A stretch of 64,000 nucleotides of DNA from Nitrosopumilus sp. (GTDB taxonomy: Archaea; Thermoproteota; Nitrososphaeria; Nitrososphaerales; Nitrosopumilaceae): contig OZ241857.1 of assembly GCA_965203315.1 (NCBI GenBank), positions 1,536,001 through 1,600,000 on the forward strand, given 5' to 3'. The notes below the pieces were generated by a model. It saw only the letters and a program-made list of their open reading frames with translations, made no database searches and was not told the origin of the DNA. Of this stretch, positions 1 through 10,541 are shown in pieces (the first letter of the stretch is position 1; each line of letters begins with the position of its first letter). The translations under genes were made by a program, and so were the position numbers.

Positions 1-1040
1 CTATTGGGTTTACCGTATGGGTTCTTCCAATTAGTCTTGCGGTTAACCATTGTCTCAACCGCTGACAAGATGTGGTCTCTGTTTAGACCGGCGACTATGT
101 TTGATCCAACCTCTACTGTCTCAGCACGTTCAGTGCTTATTCTAATAGTAACACATGGAACTCTGAATATGCAAGAGTCTTCTTGAACTGTACCGGAATC
201 GGTAACACAACAGAACGCATTCTTTTCCAACTTTGAAAATTCCAGAAAACCTAAAGGATCGTACAAATGAACTCCTTTAGGTATTTTGATATCGTGATGT
301 ATGATGCTCTGTCGCGTCCTTGGATGAATCGGAAAGATTATCTGTTTCTCATATGTTTGGTACAGCTTGCCTAATGTGGATATGATACTTTTGAGCGGTC
401 TCTTGGGACCAACGTTTTCTGGTCTATGCGCTGTCACTAGAAAATAATCTTTAGATGATATGTTAAGATCTTTTAGAATTGGGCTTGCTTCGATCTCTTC
501 TCTAAAGTTGTACAAGACATCATAGATTGGTTTACCCACTCTAAAGATCTTGTGAGATGAAATTCCCTCATTTAGTAGATTTTCTCTAGTACCTCTAGTT
601 GGTGTAAAATAATAGTCTGATATACTATCTATTATACGACGGTTCTTCTCTTCTGGCATACGCCAATCATAACTTCGCATTCCGGCCTCTAGATGCGCAA
701 TTTTTATCCCCATCTTTGATGCAACGATTGCACTAAGAGCAGGATTTGCATCAGAGAACGAAAAGACTAGATCAGGCCTCTCCTTTAACAAAACCTTTTC
801 AAATTTTGAGATCAATTTGCTTAGTTGTTGGGCTTGTGTTCCAGAACCAACTTTGAGATGATAGTCTGGTTTAGGAAAGTCTAGTTGTTTAAAGAATAGA
901 CCATCAAAAAAATAAGAATAATGTTGGCCGGTATGAACTATTACAAAATCACGTTTGCGTCTCTGAAGTTGTCTTATGATTGGTTGATAGTTGATTATAT
1001 CTGGTCTAATCCCAAGTACAATCATATACTTTATTGACAA
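1..1040 (-). CDS. wecB: UDP-N-acetylglucosamine 2-epimerase (non-hydrolysing), runs off left edge
   Basis: Minus-strand frame read manually: MSIKYMIVLGIRPDII...HTGQHY...HLEAGMRS...PEE...TDSGTVQEDS...TERAE...NPYG; not in ORF track because it has no stop inside the window. Confidence 0.9.
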   Translation of the reverse strand, partial: MSIKYMIVLGIRPDIINYQPIIRQLQRRKRDFVIVHTGQHYSYFFDGLFFKQLDFPKPDYHLKVGSGTQAQQLSKLISKFEKVLLKERPDLVFSFSDANPALSAIVASKMGIKIAHLEAGMRSYDWRMPEEKNRRIIDSISDYYFTPTRGTRENLLNEGISSHKIFRVGKPIYDVLYNFREEIEASPILKDLNISSKDYFLVTAHRPENVGPKRPLKSIISTLGKLYQTYEKQIIFPIHPRTRQSIIHHDIKIPKGVHLYDPLGFLEFSKLEKNAFCCVTDSGTVQEDSCIFRVPCVTIRISTERAETVEVGSNIVAGLNRDHILSAVETMVNRKTNWKNPYGKPN

Positions 1041-1606
1041 TTGCTCTATTCCAAAGATCAATAGATATATTTCTTGAGATAAAATATAGTCGATTAGGTA
1101 TCTGCCGCTCTTAGATAACTCTTGAACCACACACAAATTCAATGCTTGAAATCCATCAAAAATGGCTAAATGCATTAGAAATTGATTAAAGATCCATAGA
1201 TTTATCAAAATATTTTGATTTTGTATCTGTTCTTACTGTACTATTAATCAGCAAGTTTAGGTAGAGAATGACACATCTCTTATCCAAATATCGCGACACG
1301 TCCACTTGTAACGTTCATGCAAATTAATTTAAGTACTCGATGGTCTCGGTTTTGATAGAATTTTTCGATCATCTAATTGAAATTATCTATCACAACTTCT
1401 TGTATTCACAAGGATACATTGTTCTTGTATGGATATGACATCATATAGTCCGTATCTGATACCTAGTTATCAGATCAATCTGATCGCTGTCTCGCGTACG
1501 TCTTATGATGTATCTCTTACAGTATCCATACTAAACATACTTACAATACTTATTATGATACTTATGAAATCGGTTATATACTATATCTGAAAGAGTCTTT
1601 GTAGTA

Positions 1607-3271
1607 ATGGCGTTAATCCAGATATCGAATCAGACGATCAAGAATCTAGGTAAGAAGAGTACGATACGATTTACACAGAGTATATGCCCAGATTGTAATA
1701 TGATACTTGATGCAGAGGTATTTGAGCGTGATGGTCAAGTATTCATGTCAAAGGTATGTCCTACACACGGTGAGTGTGAAGAGTTGTACTTTGGCTCATA
1801 TGATATGTACAAAAAGTTTAGCACATACTGGATGGATGGCAAAGGTGCCCATGCACCAAATGTGATGATCGACAAGTGCTCTTGTCCAAATAACTGTGGT
1901 CTCTGTTCAAACCACTTATCTCATAGTGGACTGGCAAACATGATTGTAACAAATCGATGTGATCTAACCTGTTGGTACTGCTTCTTTTATGTCAAAAAGG
2001 GTCTAGAGGGTGCATACATGTATGAACCAGATCACACACAGATACGTGCCATGATGAAGACTCTGCGTGCAGAGCGACCAATACCTGGCAACTCGATGCA
2101 GATAACTGGCGGTGAGCCGATGTTGCGTGAGGATATTGCTGATGTTATTAAGATAATGAAGGAAGAAGGAGTCGATCACATTCAGATGAATACCAACGGC
2201 ATTCGACATGCAATGGATCCAGAAGCTGCTCGTGAGGTACGACTGGCTGGATGTAACAACCTGTATCTATCGTTTGATGGTGTTACGCCACGAACAAATC
2301 CAAAGAATCACTGGGAGATTCCATATGCTCTAGATAGCTGTCGCAAGACTGGCACAACAGTGGTGTTTGTTCCAACTGTAATCAAATCTATAAACGATCA
2401 TGAACTAGGTGGAATTATACGATATGCGCAAAAGAACATGGATGTTGTTCATGCAGTAAACTTTCAACCTGTATCATTAACAGGAAGAATGGGTAAGACA
2501 GAACGTGAAAAGTATCGCATTACCATACCCGATTGTATACAACGAATTGAAGAACAGACAAATGGTGAAGTAACTGTAGATGATTGGTTCCCTGTTCCTA
2601 GCTGTATGCCATTGACAAACGTAATCGAGGCATTCTCGAGTAAACCAAAATACGAGTTGTCTATACACTTTGCCTGCGGTGCTGGTACCTATATCTTTGA
2701 AGATGAAGAGACCAAAAAGTTTGTACCACTAACCAAGTTTTGTGATATACAAGGAATGTTAGAGTTGTTTGAGGACAAAGCAGAAGAGATACGCTCTGGC
2801 AAAAACAAGTACTTTACAATGTTAGAAGTTGTACGAAAATTGAAGGGATTCGTGGATAGTAAAAAGCAGCCAGCTGGTCTCGATCTGGCCAAGATGTTTG
2901 GAAATATCTTGATGAAGCGATCGTTTGACTCTGTTGGTTCTTGGCATGTAAAGGGACTATTCTTAGGCATGATGCACTTTCAAGACAAGTATAACGAAGA
3001 CCTTGAGAGACTACAGCGTTGCGATATACATTATCTGACACCAGATCTGAGAATCGTTCCGTTCTGTGCATTTAATGTGATACCTGAATGGTACCGCGAT
3101 CGAATTCAAAAGAAATACTCCATTACAGTAGAAGAGTGGGAAGAACGTGAAGGTGTAAAATTGGAAGATGGTCTGTATAGAGGTCTGATGAGGCGTGGTG
3201 CAGGTGACGAACTCGCAGCCGGATGTGCCAAGAGTCAAATGTTCCATGAAGCCAGTCAGAGTCTAATGTGA
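1607..3271 (+). CDS. tes: Tetraether (GDGT) lipid synthase, radical SAM
   Basis: N-terminal CPDC..CPTHG rubredoxin-like and CPNNCGLC motifs, CDLTCWYC radical SAM motif, C-terminal RCDIHY..PFC cluster ligands, as in the MJ0619/Tes family. Confidence 0.85.
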   Translation: MALIQISNQTIKNLGKKSTIRFTQSICPDCNMILDAEVFERDGQVFMSKVCPTHGECEELYFGSYDMYKKFSTYWMDGKGAHAPNVMIDKCSCPNNCGLCSNHLSHSGLANMIVTNRCDLTCWYCFFYVKKGLEGAYMYEPDHTQIRAMMKTLRAERPIPGNSMQITGGEPMLREDIADVIKIMKEEGVDHIQMNTNGIRHAMDPEAAREVRLAGCNNLYLSFDGVTPRTNPKNHWEIPYALDSCRKTGTTVVFVPTVIKSINDHELGGIIRYAQKNMDVVHAVNFQPVSLTGRMGKTEREKYRITIPDCIQRIEEQTNGEVTVDDWFPVPSCMPLTNVIEAFSSKPKYELSIHFACGAGTYIFEDEETKKFVPLTKFCDIQGMLELFEDKAEEIRSGKNKYFTMLEVVRKLKGFVDSKKQPAGLDLAKMFGNILMKRSFDSVGSWHVKGLFLGMMHFQDKYNEDLERLQRCDIHYLTPDLRIVPFCAFNVIPEWYRDRIQKKYSITVEEWEEREGVKLEDGLYRGLMRRGAGDELAAGCAKSQMFHEASQSLM

Positions 3272-3353
3272 TAATCCTGATCATATGAACATGTTCAACA
3301 GGAACATACTGTATGCCTCAAAAATTCTTATAGATGTCTAACTATGATTACAT

Positions 3354-3842
3354 ATGGTTACAAATTCTATTTCGCCTACAGCTAAAATTGGCAAAAATGT
3401 CAAAATCTGGAATTTTGTATACATTGGCAAAGATTCTATAATAGGCGACAACGTAAGAATTGCTTCATTTGCACATATTGATTACAATGCACAAATAGGC
3501 GACAATACAAAGATTGAGGCGTACGCCATAGTGGCTAATGGCTGTACGATTGGGAAAAACGTATTCATTGGACCAAACGTTGTCATGGCTAACGATCCAT
3601 TTCCTGTTGGTAATGACACGACATGGAAACGTGGCAATATTACAATACATGATCATGCAGTGATAAGCTCAGGTGTGATTATAGGTGCTGGGGTAACTGT
3701 TGGCGAGAACAGTGTAGTGGGCATGGGATCACTTGTAACAAAAGATATTCCTCCTAATGTTGTAGCATATGGAACACCTGCAAAAATACGATACACTCGT
3801 GCTGAGTATGATAAGAAACGACAAGATTGGATAAACAACTAA
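3354..3842 (+). CDS. Hexapeptide-repeat N-acetyltransferase (sugar modification)
   Basis: Repeated IG-x-N-V-x-I hexapeptides; VTKDIPPNVVAYGTPAK C-terminal motif. Confidence 0.85.
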   Translation: MVTNSISPTAKIGKNVKIWNFVYIGKDSIIGDNVRIASFAHIDYNAQIGDNTKIEAYAIVANGCTIGKNVFIGPNVVMANDPFPVGNDTTWKRGNITIHDHAVISSGVIIGAGVTVGENSVVGMGSLVTKDIPPNVVAYGTPAKIRYTRAEYDKKRQDWINN

Positions 3843-3845
3843 TAC

Positions 3846-4021
3846 GGTTCTGTTCAATTGACGGGGATTGAGATCATTATGACGTTATCTCAAAGAACGT
3901 CACTATCTGACTCAAAACAGTAGCAATTTACGATAGCCGATGTGAGACCGTTTCCGTATTTTGTAAAATTTTTCGAGAATTTTGTGCAGAAAACGCCAAC
4001 CCCAGTCAATTGAACAGAACC
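3846..4021. mobile_element. MITE with IS6/IS257-like terminal inverted repeats
   Basis: TIR GGTTCTGTTCAATTGAC ... GTCAATTGAACAGAACC; right half recurs at 12823-12914. Confidence 0.8.
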
Positions 4022-4170
4022 CAGATATGAGATGAGAGATGATGTCAATCCATATAACTTTGTAAATACTAACTAGTATACAAGACAGATGACACTATTT
4101 GAAGAATGGTCATCTTTTGAATTGGTGTAGTGTATGATCACTATAAATTATTAGAGATTTATCTACAACC

Positions 4171-4863
4171 ATGCGTAAACTGGAACGCGTATTTGGTAAG
4201 CATGGGAGAACAATGATAAGACTAACAGATAAAATCGTGGGTAAATCCCCACCCCACACATCAGACAGAGTTATAGAATATTGGAGTGATGTAGCCAACA
4301 ATAACGATATTGAAAAAATTATGCGAGGCATCTGTGACGAGTTGGATAAGAATGCTTTTGAAGGGAAGCCAATGGGTTTAGTTGAAATTTTGAATGATTA
4401 TGATTTGAGATCAAAGAAAGTTATGGATCTAGCATGTGGATTGGGTCGAACATGTAAATTTGTTGCGCCTAAGGTGAGAGAATATGTGGGTGTCGATTTT
4501 GTATCCGAGATGATCGAAAAGGCAAAGAACTACAATGCATTATTTAAAAATGCCAAATTTTATGTAAATGATGGTAAAACACTAGTCAACTTTCAAGATG
4601 ACTCTTTTGATCTGGTGTATTGTGAGTTAGCAATACAACACATGGATAAACCAGTTCAAGAATCATATGTAAATGAAGTATTTCGCATATTGAAACCAGA
4701 TGGTATATTTCTTGTACAAATTCCTAAAATGGAATTCTACAACGATGAGAATTATGCTAGAACAGAACAAGAGACTAGAAAACTTTTGTCCCAGTACACA
4801 ATAGAGCTGGAAAACGGAGACGCATATTATATTGTAAATGCTAGAAAACACAATGTACAATAG
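4171..4863 (+). CDS. Class I SAM-dependent methyltransferase
   Basis: VMDLACGLG motif I, VGVD, FDLV, RILKPDG motifs. Confidence 0.85.
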   Translation: MRKLERVFGKHGRTMIRLTDKIVGKSPPHTSDRVIEYWSDVANNNDIEKIMRGICDELDKNAFEGKPMGLVEILNDYDLRSKKVMDLACGLGRTCKFVAPKVREYVGVDFVSEMIEKAKNYNALFKNAKFYVNDGKTLVNFQDDSFDLVYCELAIQHMDKPVQESYVNEVFRILKPDGIFLVQIPKMEFYNDENYARTEQETRKLLSQYTIELENGDAYYIVNARKHNVQ

Positions 4864-4986
4864 AAACTAATTTAATCTTAAATCCTAGATCATAGTCAGT
4901 TTACCCAATTGACTATTCAACACGCCACCGCAGGTTTTGGCGGCGGCTCTGGTTCGATCTTTGGGTCGATAAACGATTTTGATGAT

Positions 4987-5890
4987 GGTGATTAGCCGCG
5001 TACAGCCCCTAACATCAATTTCACCAAAAAGTTGAACAAGTCACACACTCTAAAATTATATCTCCATTCCATCTCTTTTATGTATAGTAGAAATTTGTCT
5101 TGGCTTACACCATGATGTTTAGACAATTTTTGTTTTGCAAAACTCCAGAATCCTTCAATTCCGTTGGTATGCACTTCATCTTGCCCAAACGTCTTGCTAT
5201 GATCAACTGACTGGTGTTTGTAACCATGCGTGGTCAGTGGGTTGTATCCAGCCCACTTGTCTGTGTATATGGTGCTACCTTTCTATACTACCGCAGTTAT
5301 GCTGGCAAGTAAAGTGTCTGCACTAGCATCAGGTATGATCTCAACATGTACGTTTCCACCTCTCTTCAACATATCCAAAACGATGATCTTGTTTTCTGCA
5401 CCACGACCACGATTTCCTTTCCTTTTACCCCCAAAATACGCCTCATCTACCTCAATTTCGCCACGAAACATACGAAATTCGTTGTTTGAGTGTTCCAGTA
5501 TGAGGCGTCTAAATATGTCAAACGCTTGTAGCACTGTCTTGTAATTTAGCTGTGTCTGTTCTGCCGCAACCTTTGGAGAAGCGGATATCTCAAATAACTT
5601 GATTAGAATAAGCCACTTTGAATACGGTATGCAAAGTAGTGCAAAATGAGAATCTCTAAACGGCCTAAAATCCCTCTTACACGATTTGCAGCGTAACCTA
5701 CTTTTATTCTTCATTGGATAGAATTGGTTGCTTGTACAAAATTTGCATCTGATTTCTTTAGCCGATACTGATTCCAGATATCGTATTGTGGATATCTCAT
5801 CACATGTTATCTTGGATAATGACCACAGATCCATCAACTATGTGGTAAAAACACCCCCTATTATTTAGGGGCTGTACGCGGCTAATCACC
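4987..5890 (-). mobile_element. IS1595-family element
   Basis: 26-bp perfect TIR GGTGATTAGCCGCGTACAGCCCCTAA at both ends. Confidence 0.9.
4992..5837 (-). pseudogene. IS1595 transposase with one in-frame TAG (5283-5285)
   Basis: Zn ribbon CKFC..CKSC, EIEVDEAYFGG, IYTDKW, HTNGIEGFWS, YIKEMEWRYN; both ORF pieces are in the same frame. Confidence 0.85.
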
Positions 5891-5948
5891 TGCAATAATC
5901 AAAGAGATCGTCTTCGCATTGTATGTTTCGTGCTAGAATCCATGCGTT

Positions 5949-6089
5949 AGACCGTATGCGTATTTCATACACCATACGCACATTTTAAGGTACAACAAAA
6001 CACAAGTGTGATTTCTAGAGGCAAATTGATTCATTGTTATCATGTTTGACGATTGGGCGTGGGCACTCTTAATAATACGCATACAGTCT
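5949..6089. mobile_element. MITE with ISL2-like TIR
   Basis: AGACCGTATGCGTATT ... AATACGCATACAGTCT; same right end seen near 23160-23176. Confidence 0.6.
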
Positions 6090-6143
6090 GTGGAACAAAT
6101 GTAAAACAAATATGAATTTATATCTCTTTGATTTAAATTTTGT

Positions 6144-7270
6144 ATGAAGACTTTGATCGTTCACGACTTTGCAACTGTGGGCGCTACAATGTCTAAGATA
6201 TTACCTGATACGGACATTATGTATCTCGTACCGCCTGATAATGAAATGTTTATGTTTGTTACGGCGCCCCCCCCCCAAATAAAGTACATTATTTACATTC
6301 TACAAGACTGACTGTTCAATTAGAAGAATTTACAAACATTGCACGAGAATATGATATTGTTATATGTTTTGGATGGAATGCTGGAATGTTGTCGTATTTA
6401 TCAGGAATTGATTATATTTTGTATATCAATGATATTTTTATAGATAAATATCATAGGGATTTATTTTTACCAAAATCAAAATATAAACAGTTCTTTGTAC
6501 ATAAACTGTTTGATGATATCTTGAAAAGTGCTAATATGGTTGTTTCAAACCATAAAGATTATTTGAAACAGATTCAAAAATATCGTAAAGATGAAATACC
6601 AATAATCATAAACCCGTTAGACTATGAAATATTTAACGCGGAAATACCATCTAATCGAATGGACAAATTTACATTCTTGTTGCCCACCAGAATCGAGCCA
6701 ATCAAGGGAATCAAACTATTATGTGAATCTATAAAATTAACAAAGTCAGATTTTATTGTTCATATGGTTGATTGGAAGAGTGACGCACACAAATCATATT
6801 ATCAAGATATAATAAACAATCTATCTAATAAAATAACCTTAATACCAAAGATACCTCATAAAGAGATTGCGTCACGGTTCCGTCAATATCATGCAGTGAT
6901 GGGATCTATTGTTCGAGAGTACGCTCCCATGATTGAAAAGGAGGCGATTGCATGCAGTGTTCCTGTGTTCCATTCCGCTGAAATTGGATATGATGGTGAT
7001 TATCCGTTTTACAAGGGGTCTCGGGATCCTGCAAAGATTGCGAAATACATTGATCGGATGGTCCAAGATGATCAGTTCTTAGATCAATTACAACGTGAAC
7101 AGTACAAATGGTTAAAGAATACAATAAACAATGAAACGATCGTAAACGAGTGGTCCCAGACACTTTGCAAAGCAAACTCAAATCGGAGAGGGAACACACA
7201 GGGCAAATATCTATTCATGTTTAGATTATGGTCTATTTTTAAGAGATTGAAAAAACAGAAATCATTATAA
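6144..7270 (+). pseudogene. GT4-like glycosyltransferase frameshifted at a C10 tract (6267-6276)
   Basis: ATG 6144 frame (MKTLIVHDFATVG) stops shortly after the tract; the downstream frame is open from the tract to 7270 with PTRIEPIKG and EAIACSVPV GT-B motifs. Confidence 0.75.
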
Positions 7271-7275
7271 TGTTT

Positions 7276-7365
7276 GGCGATTAGCTGCCTGGGCCCTAAC
7301 AGATACTAGGTCATCGAATCAAAGAGCACAATCTCGGTTATTGTATTTTCATTCCATCTCTTAGA
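7276..7365 (-). mobile_element. Truncated end of IS1595-derived non-autonomous element
   Basis: GGCGATTAGCTGCCTGGGCCCTAACAGATAC..., reverse complement of the 22490-22577 end. Confidence 0.7.
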
Positions 7366-8175
7366 TATAATAGACATTATGCGTTAGTCGTTTTGACCGA
7401 AACACTTAGATCGTAGGTCTAAAAATAGCAATCATTGAGTCAAAAAACTAGTACGTCAGACGGACAAATACTGTGTCTCCAGCAAAGAGTAAAAGAGTTA
7501 GAGCAGACTGTTAGTGAACTAGAGCAACAACGAGATACTGTTGCAGAACAACTCGACCAAGAGGCGAACAATAAACCTAATTTTTACAGACAGAAAACAG
7601 AAAAGGTTGATGATTTTTGTAAGAGGATCCTCTCCAAACCAACTACTTTGTATAAATTCACAAAAATGACGCCCAATCTATTCGCGCTGTATGAAAAAGA
7701 ATACAAACAATACATCAAAGATGAATCAATTAGAGAGAGACGCAATGATCAACTCAACAAGAGACGTAAAGAGAAACTAGATGGTGAACCAAAGATACCA
7801 CAATACTCTGGCGTTAATGTTGGACGAGGAAAGGTGTCAGTATTAAGCACAACAGCTGTCATGTTGATGGAGTTTATGTCTACTCGAGCTGGAATGACTC
7901 AAGATGTGATTGGGTCCATATTTGATATGAGTCAAAGCAATGTCTCTAGACATACTAGACATGTACGTAGATTCCTGAATCAATCTTGGACAAGACCAAT
8001 AGATATAGCAGACCAGATCTCTAAATGTAAAACATTACAAGATCTACGAGAATGGATTCCTCGCTTAAAGACTGCAATTGATGGGACTCATTTCATAATC
8101 GATATACCATCAGATTCTCAGTTAGAAACGTGGTCAAGGTCTGGCAAACTAAAGAAACACACTTGTGTAATTCTA

Positions 8176-8388
8176 TCCATGTGAACTGTTTATAAAGCTT
8201 TTAGAGATTTTTCGATTTTGGTGCATAGTTTACACTAGGGTGGTATTCCTCACAATCACAGGATTTCGGACATATATCCATTCGAGCTCGAAGCTCAGTA
8301 TCATCTTCATCCTTTTATCAAAATCAGTCCACTTAGTGAGCCGAGGTTCTCCCTCATTGAATTACCGGACTTTAGATTTTGACTATAA
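8176..8388 (-). ncRNA. Predicted bridge RNA / seekRNA of the IS1111 element
   Basis: Two stem-internal loop-hairpin modules (8326-8371, 8268-8312) whose loops match the target site and the donor junction; transcript ends unknown. Confidence 0.75.
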
Positions 8389-9420
8389 TTACACAACAAA
8401 CTTTTTCTCCTCTCTGAGCATGCAATGTATCACTCGAAGTAACTTGGCAGCTGTAGCAACAGTAGCTTTGCTCTTTCCACGCTTTTCTGCGAGTTTAAAA
8501 TAAAATTTTGATACGTTTGTGTTTGGATAATATCGCACATGCGTGTGTACTGCTTCAGCTAGAATCCATCTCATTATACGACTGCCCTGTTTTGTTATCT
8601 TGCCATGTACTACTTTGTCTGCGGAATTACGTACCGATGGAACTAGTCCTGCATATGCACATAGTTTATGTGAATCATTAAATCTTGAAATCTCTCCAAT
8701 CTCTGCGGTAATTACCAGTGCGCTGTAATCACCTATGCCAGGAATTGACTTTAAGAGCTGTGCATCTTTTGATCTCTTTACCTTGTCTGCTATTCTAACA
8801 TCGCATTCATTGATCTCTATATTCAATGACTCTATCATTCTCAAATACGAGTTTATACGATAGTCATCAAGTTTACGTAATTCTGCGTTGTATCTCTTAC
8901 TAAACGTGGTACCTTGTATCTGTATTCCACTCTGCAACAATATGCCGTGTATTAGATTCTTGTATCTTGTTCTGTTTTTTATGTGTCCTTGTCTATGTCG
9001 CACTAGTCTCTTTGAATCAATAGTATCATGATCCGGTACATAACATTCTGCAATGTATCCTCCTCGTAGCAGTTCTGCTAGTATCTTTGAGTCTACCTTG
9101 TCTGTCTTTTTCTTTGATGCTGCTATCGCTTTTGTTTGGTACGGATTCGATAGTACTACATCAAATCCCAACTCGTCTGTCATATATCGATACAATCCAT
9201 ACCAGACTGAAGATGACTCCATTACATAACGGGTCTTGTCTGCAGGGAATTGCTTGAATGTCTCTGCAACACTATAGTGATTTGTCATTATGCGTTTGTC
9301 TAGTAAGATGTTGTCATCTTCATCGATTGCTGTCACATACAGAGAGTTCTTGTGAACATCTATTCCAACATAGATCGTTCTTGTTTTTACTTTTTTGGTG
9401 GGTAATGTGTTTGTTTGCAT
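8389..9420 (-). CDS. IS110-family recombinase/transposase (RuvC-like DEDD + Tnp Ser domain)
   Basis: GIDVHK, VMESS, KTDKVDS, SIPGIG, AYAGLVPSVRNSA motifs; intact. Confidence 0.95.
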   Translation of the reverse strand: MQTNTLPTKKVKTRTIYVGIDVHKNSLYVTAIDEDDNILLDKRIMTNHYSVAETFKQFPADKTRYVMESSSVWYGLYRYMTDELGFDVVLSNPYQTKAIAASKKKTDKVDSKILAELLRGGYIAECYVPDHDTIDSKRLVRHRQGHIKNRTRYKNLIHGILLQSGIQIQGTTFSKRYNAELRKLDDYRINSYLRMIESLNIEINECDVRIADKVKRSKDAQLLKSIPGIGDYSALVITAEIGEISRFNDSHKLCAYAGLVPSVRNSADKVVHGKITKQGSRIMRWILAEAVHTHVRYYPNTNVSKFYFKLAEKRGKSKATVATAAKLLRVIHCMLREEKKFVV

Positions 9421-10541
9421 TTTTTGCCATCTTGGCTAGTTTTGCAGATGATCGCTTGGATCTAACATGCTTGGTATCATCTGATCGATTTCTTTTCGGC
9501 TTCACATATGGTTAGTGATGGTGAACAAAGAAAAACTGATCCTAACTATGAGCCCATTATACTATGGCAGTACGCACGAGATAACCATACTCAAAGAGTG
9601 GAAATTGGGATTTGGTAAATGGGAAGACAAGATGAGAGATCCATCAACTCCACGTAAAGAGAGAATAAAGATGCGTCAGGATTCTGCATACCAAGGTGGC
9701 GAGAGTGTATTTCCAGGAACAAACTTTATCGTACCATTCAAAAAACCTCGTGGCGGCGAGCTCACCAAAGAGCAGAAAGAGTTTAACCGAGATCACAGCT
9801 CAGAACGCGTGGTGGTTGAAAATTCCATAGGAATGATCAAGCAGTATCGTCACATGCAACAACAAATTGAATGTGTTGAACCTGATTTAGAAAAAAGAAT
9901 CGAAGAGGTAGCAGCACTTGTAAATGCAGGCATATTATGGGACAAAAGACGCGATCGACCGACCAAGAGATTTGACAAGCTATTGCGTGCATATCATCGG
10001 CGTGCCAACAAATTGAGAAAGAGATACGGCTAAAACATCATAAATGCAATACCGGATACCATTATCTGTTTATGATTTACTGTATTCCTGTACATTCGTG
10101 TACAATAACGCAACATTTTGACTGTATTTGCAAAGTTGAATGAGATATTCTAATTTTAGACACTTGTGTAATGACGTTGACGCAATAACTTACGAATTTC
10201 AACCAGCTTTGGTATCGTTGAAAACGACTAACGCATAATGTCTAGAATAGTTAGGCAACATCTCAATGCGTTAAGACGAGCTGGTAAATTACCAAAAGTA
10301 GTAGACATTGCAATAGACATGCACTGCTATCAGAGATACGACAAAGAACAAACCAAATACACTGTAAAGACCATGTTCAAGAAGAGTGTAAAACTATGCG
10401 AAGAGTACATGACTGCACAGATTGTAAACGTTGGAGCAACGTTAACCGTAGCTAAATTACAAGTGAAAAAAGGTGCTGGAAACCCAGATCTTATACGTAA
10501 AATCATCAAAACCTGCCACCAGCAGAGACTAATCCTAGGCG

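Larger units (their letters stand above)
4897..5948 (-). mobile_element. 3' remnant of the ISH3-like element, split by IS1595
   Basis: 4897-4985 and 5891-5948 are reverse complements of about 12740-12822 and 12635-12692; begins with TIR CAGTTTACCCAATT. Confidence 0.75.
8176..9514 (-). mobile_element. IS110-family element, IS1111 type
   Basis: Sub-terminal IR ATGTGAA/TTCACAT set 3 nt and 7 nt inside the ends; TA core at 8174-8175 and 9513-9514; removal restores host frame; long non-coding region downstream of transposase. Confidence 0.85.
7435..10033 (+). pseudogene. ISL2-like DDE transposase split by IS1111 (7435-8175 + 9515-10033 rejoin in frame, 419 aa)
   Basis: AIDGTH, QDSAYQG, RVVVENSIG DDE motifs; paralog of 46759-47979; rejoined junction reads KKHTCVILVMVN. 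Confidence 0.9.
7372..10243 (+). mobile_element. ISL2-like (IS5/Harbinger-related) element interrupted by IS1111
   Basis: 23-bp TIR AGACATTATGCGTTAGTCGTTTT / AAAACGACTAACGCATAATGTCT. Confidence 0.85.

Noticed and set aside
5283-5285. In-frame TAG codons (here and at 55602) as possible pyrrolysine or readthrough
   Set aside because: No pyl genes seen, TAG is used as a normal stop in many core genes, and both loci show other signs of decay
8240-8503. 87-aa plus-strand ORF across the IS1111 right end
   Set aside because: No protein features; the region is better explained as structured guide RNA on the minus strand
8170-9508. Alternative IS110 boundaries using the TA at 8168-8169 and 9507-9508
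   Set aside because: Also restores the frame, but overlaps the sub-terminal IR and does not match the guide loops; 8176-9514 fits the 3/7-nt IS1111 spacing and both guides
10161-10173. ACACTTGTGTAAT identical to the sequence left of the IS1111 junction
   Set aside because: Match stops before the TTC-TA core; likely coincidence, not a second target
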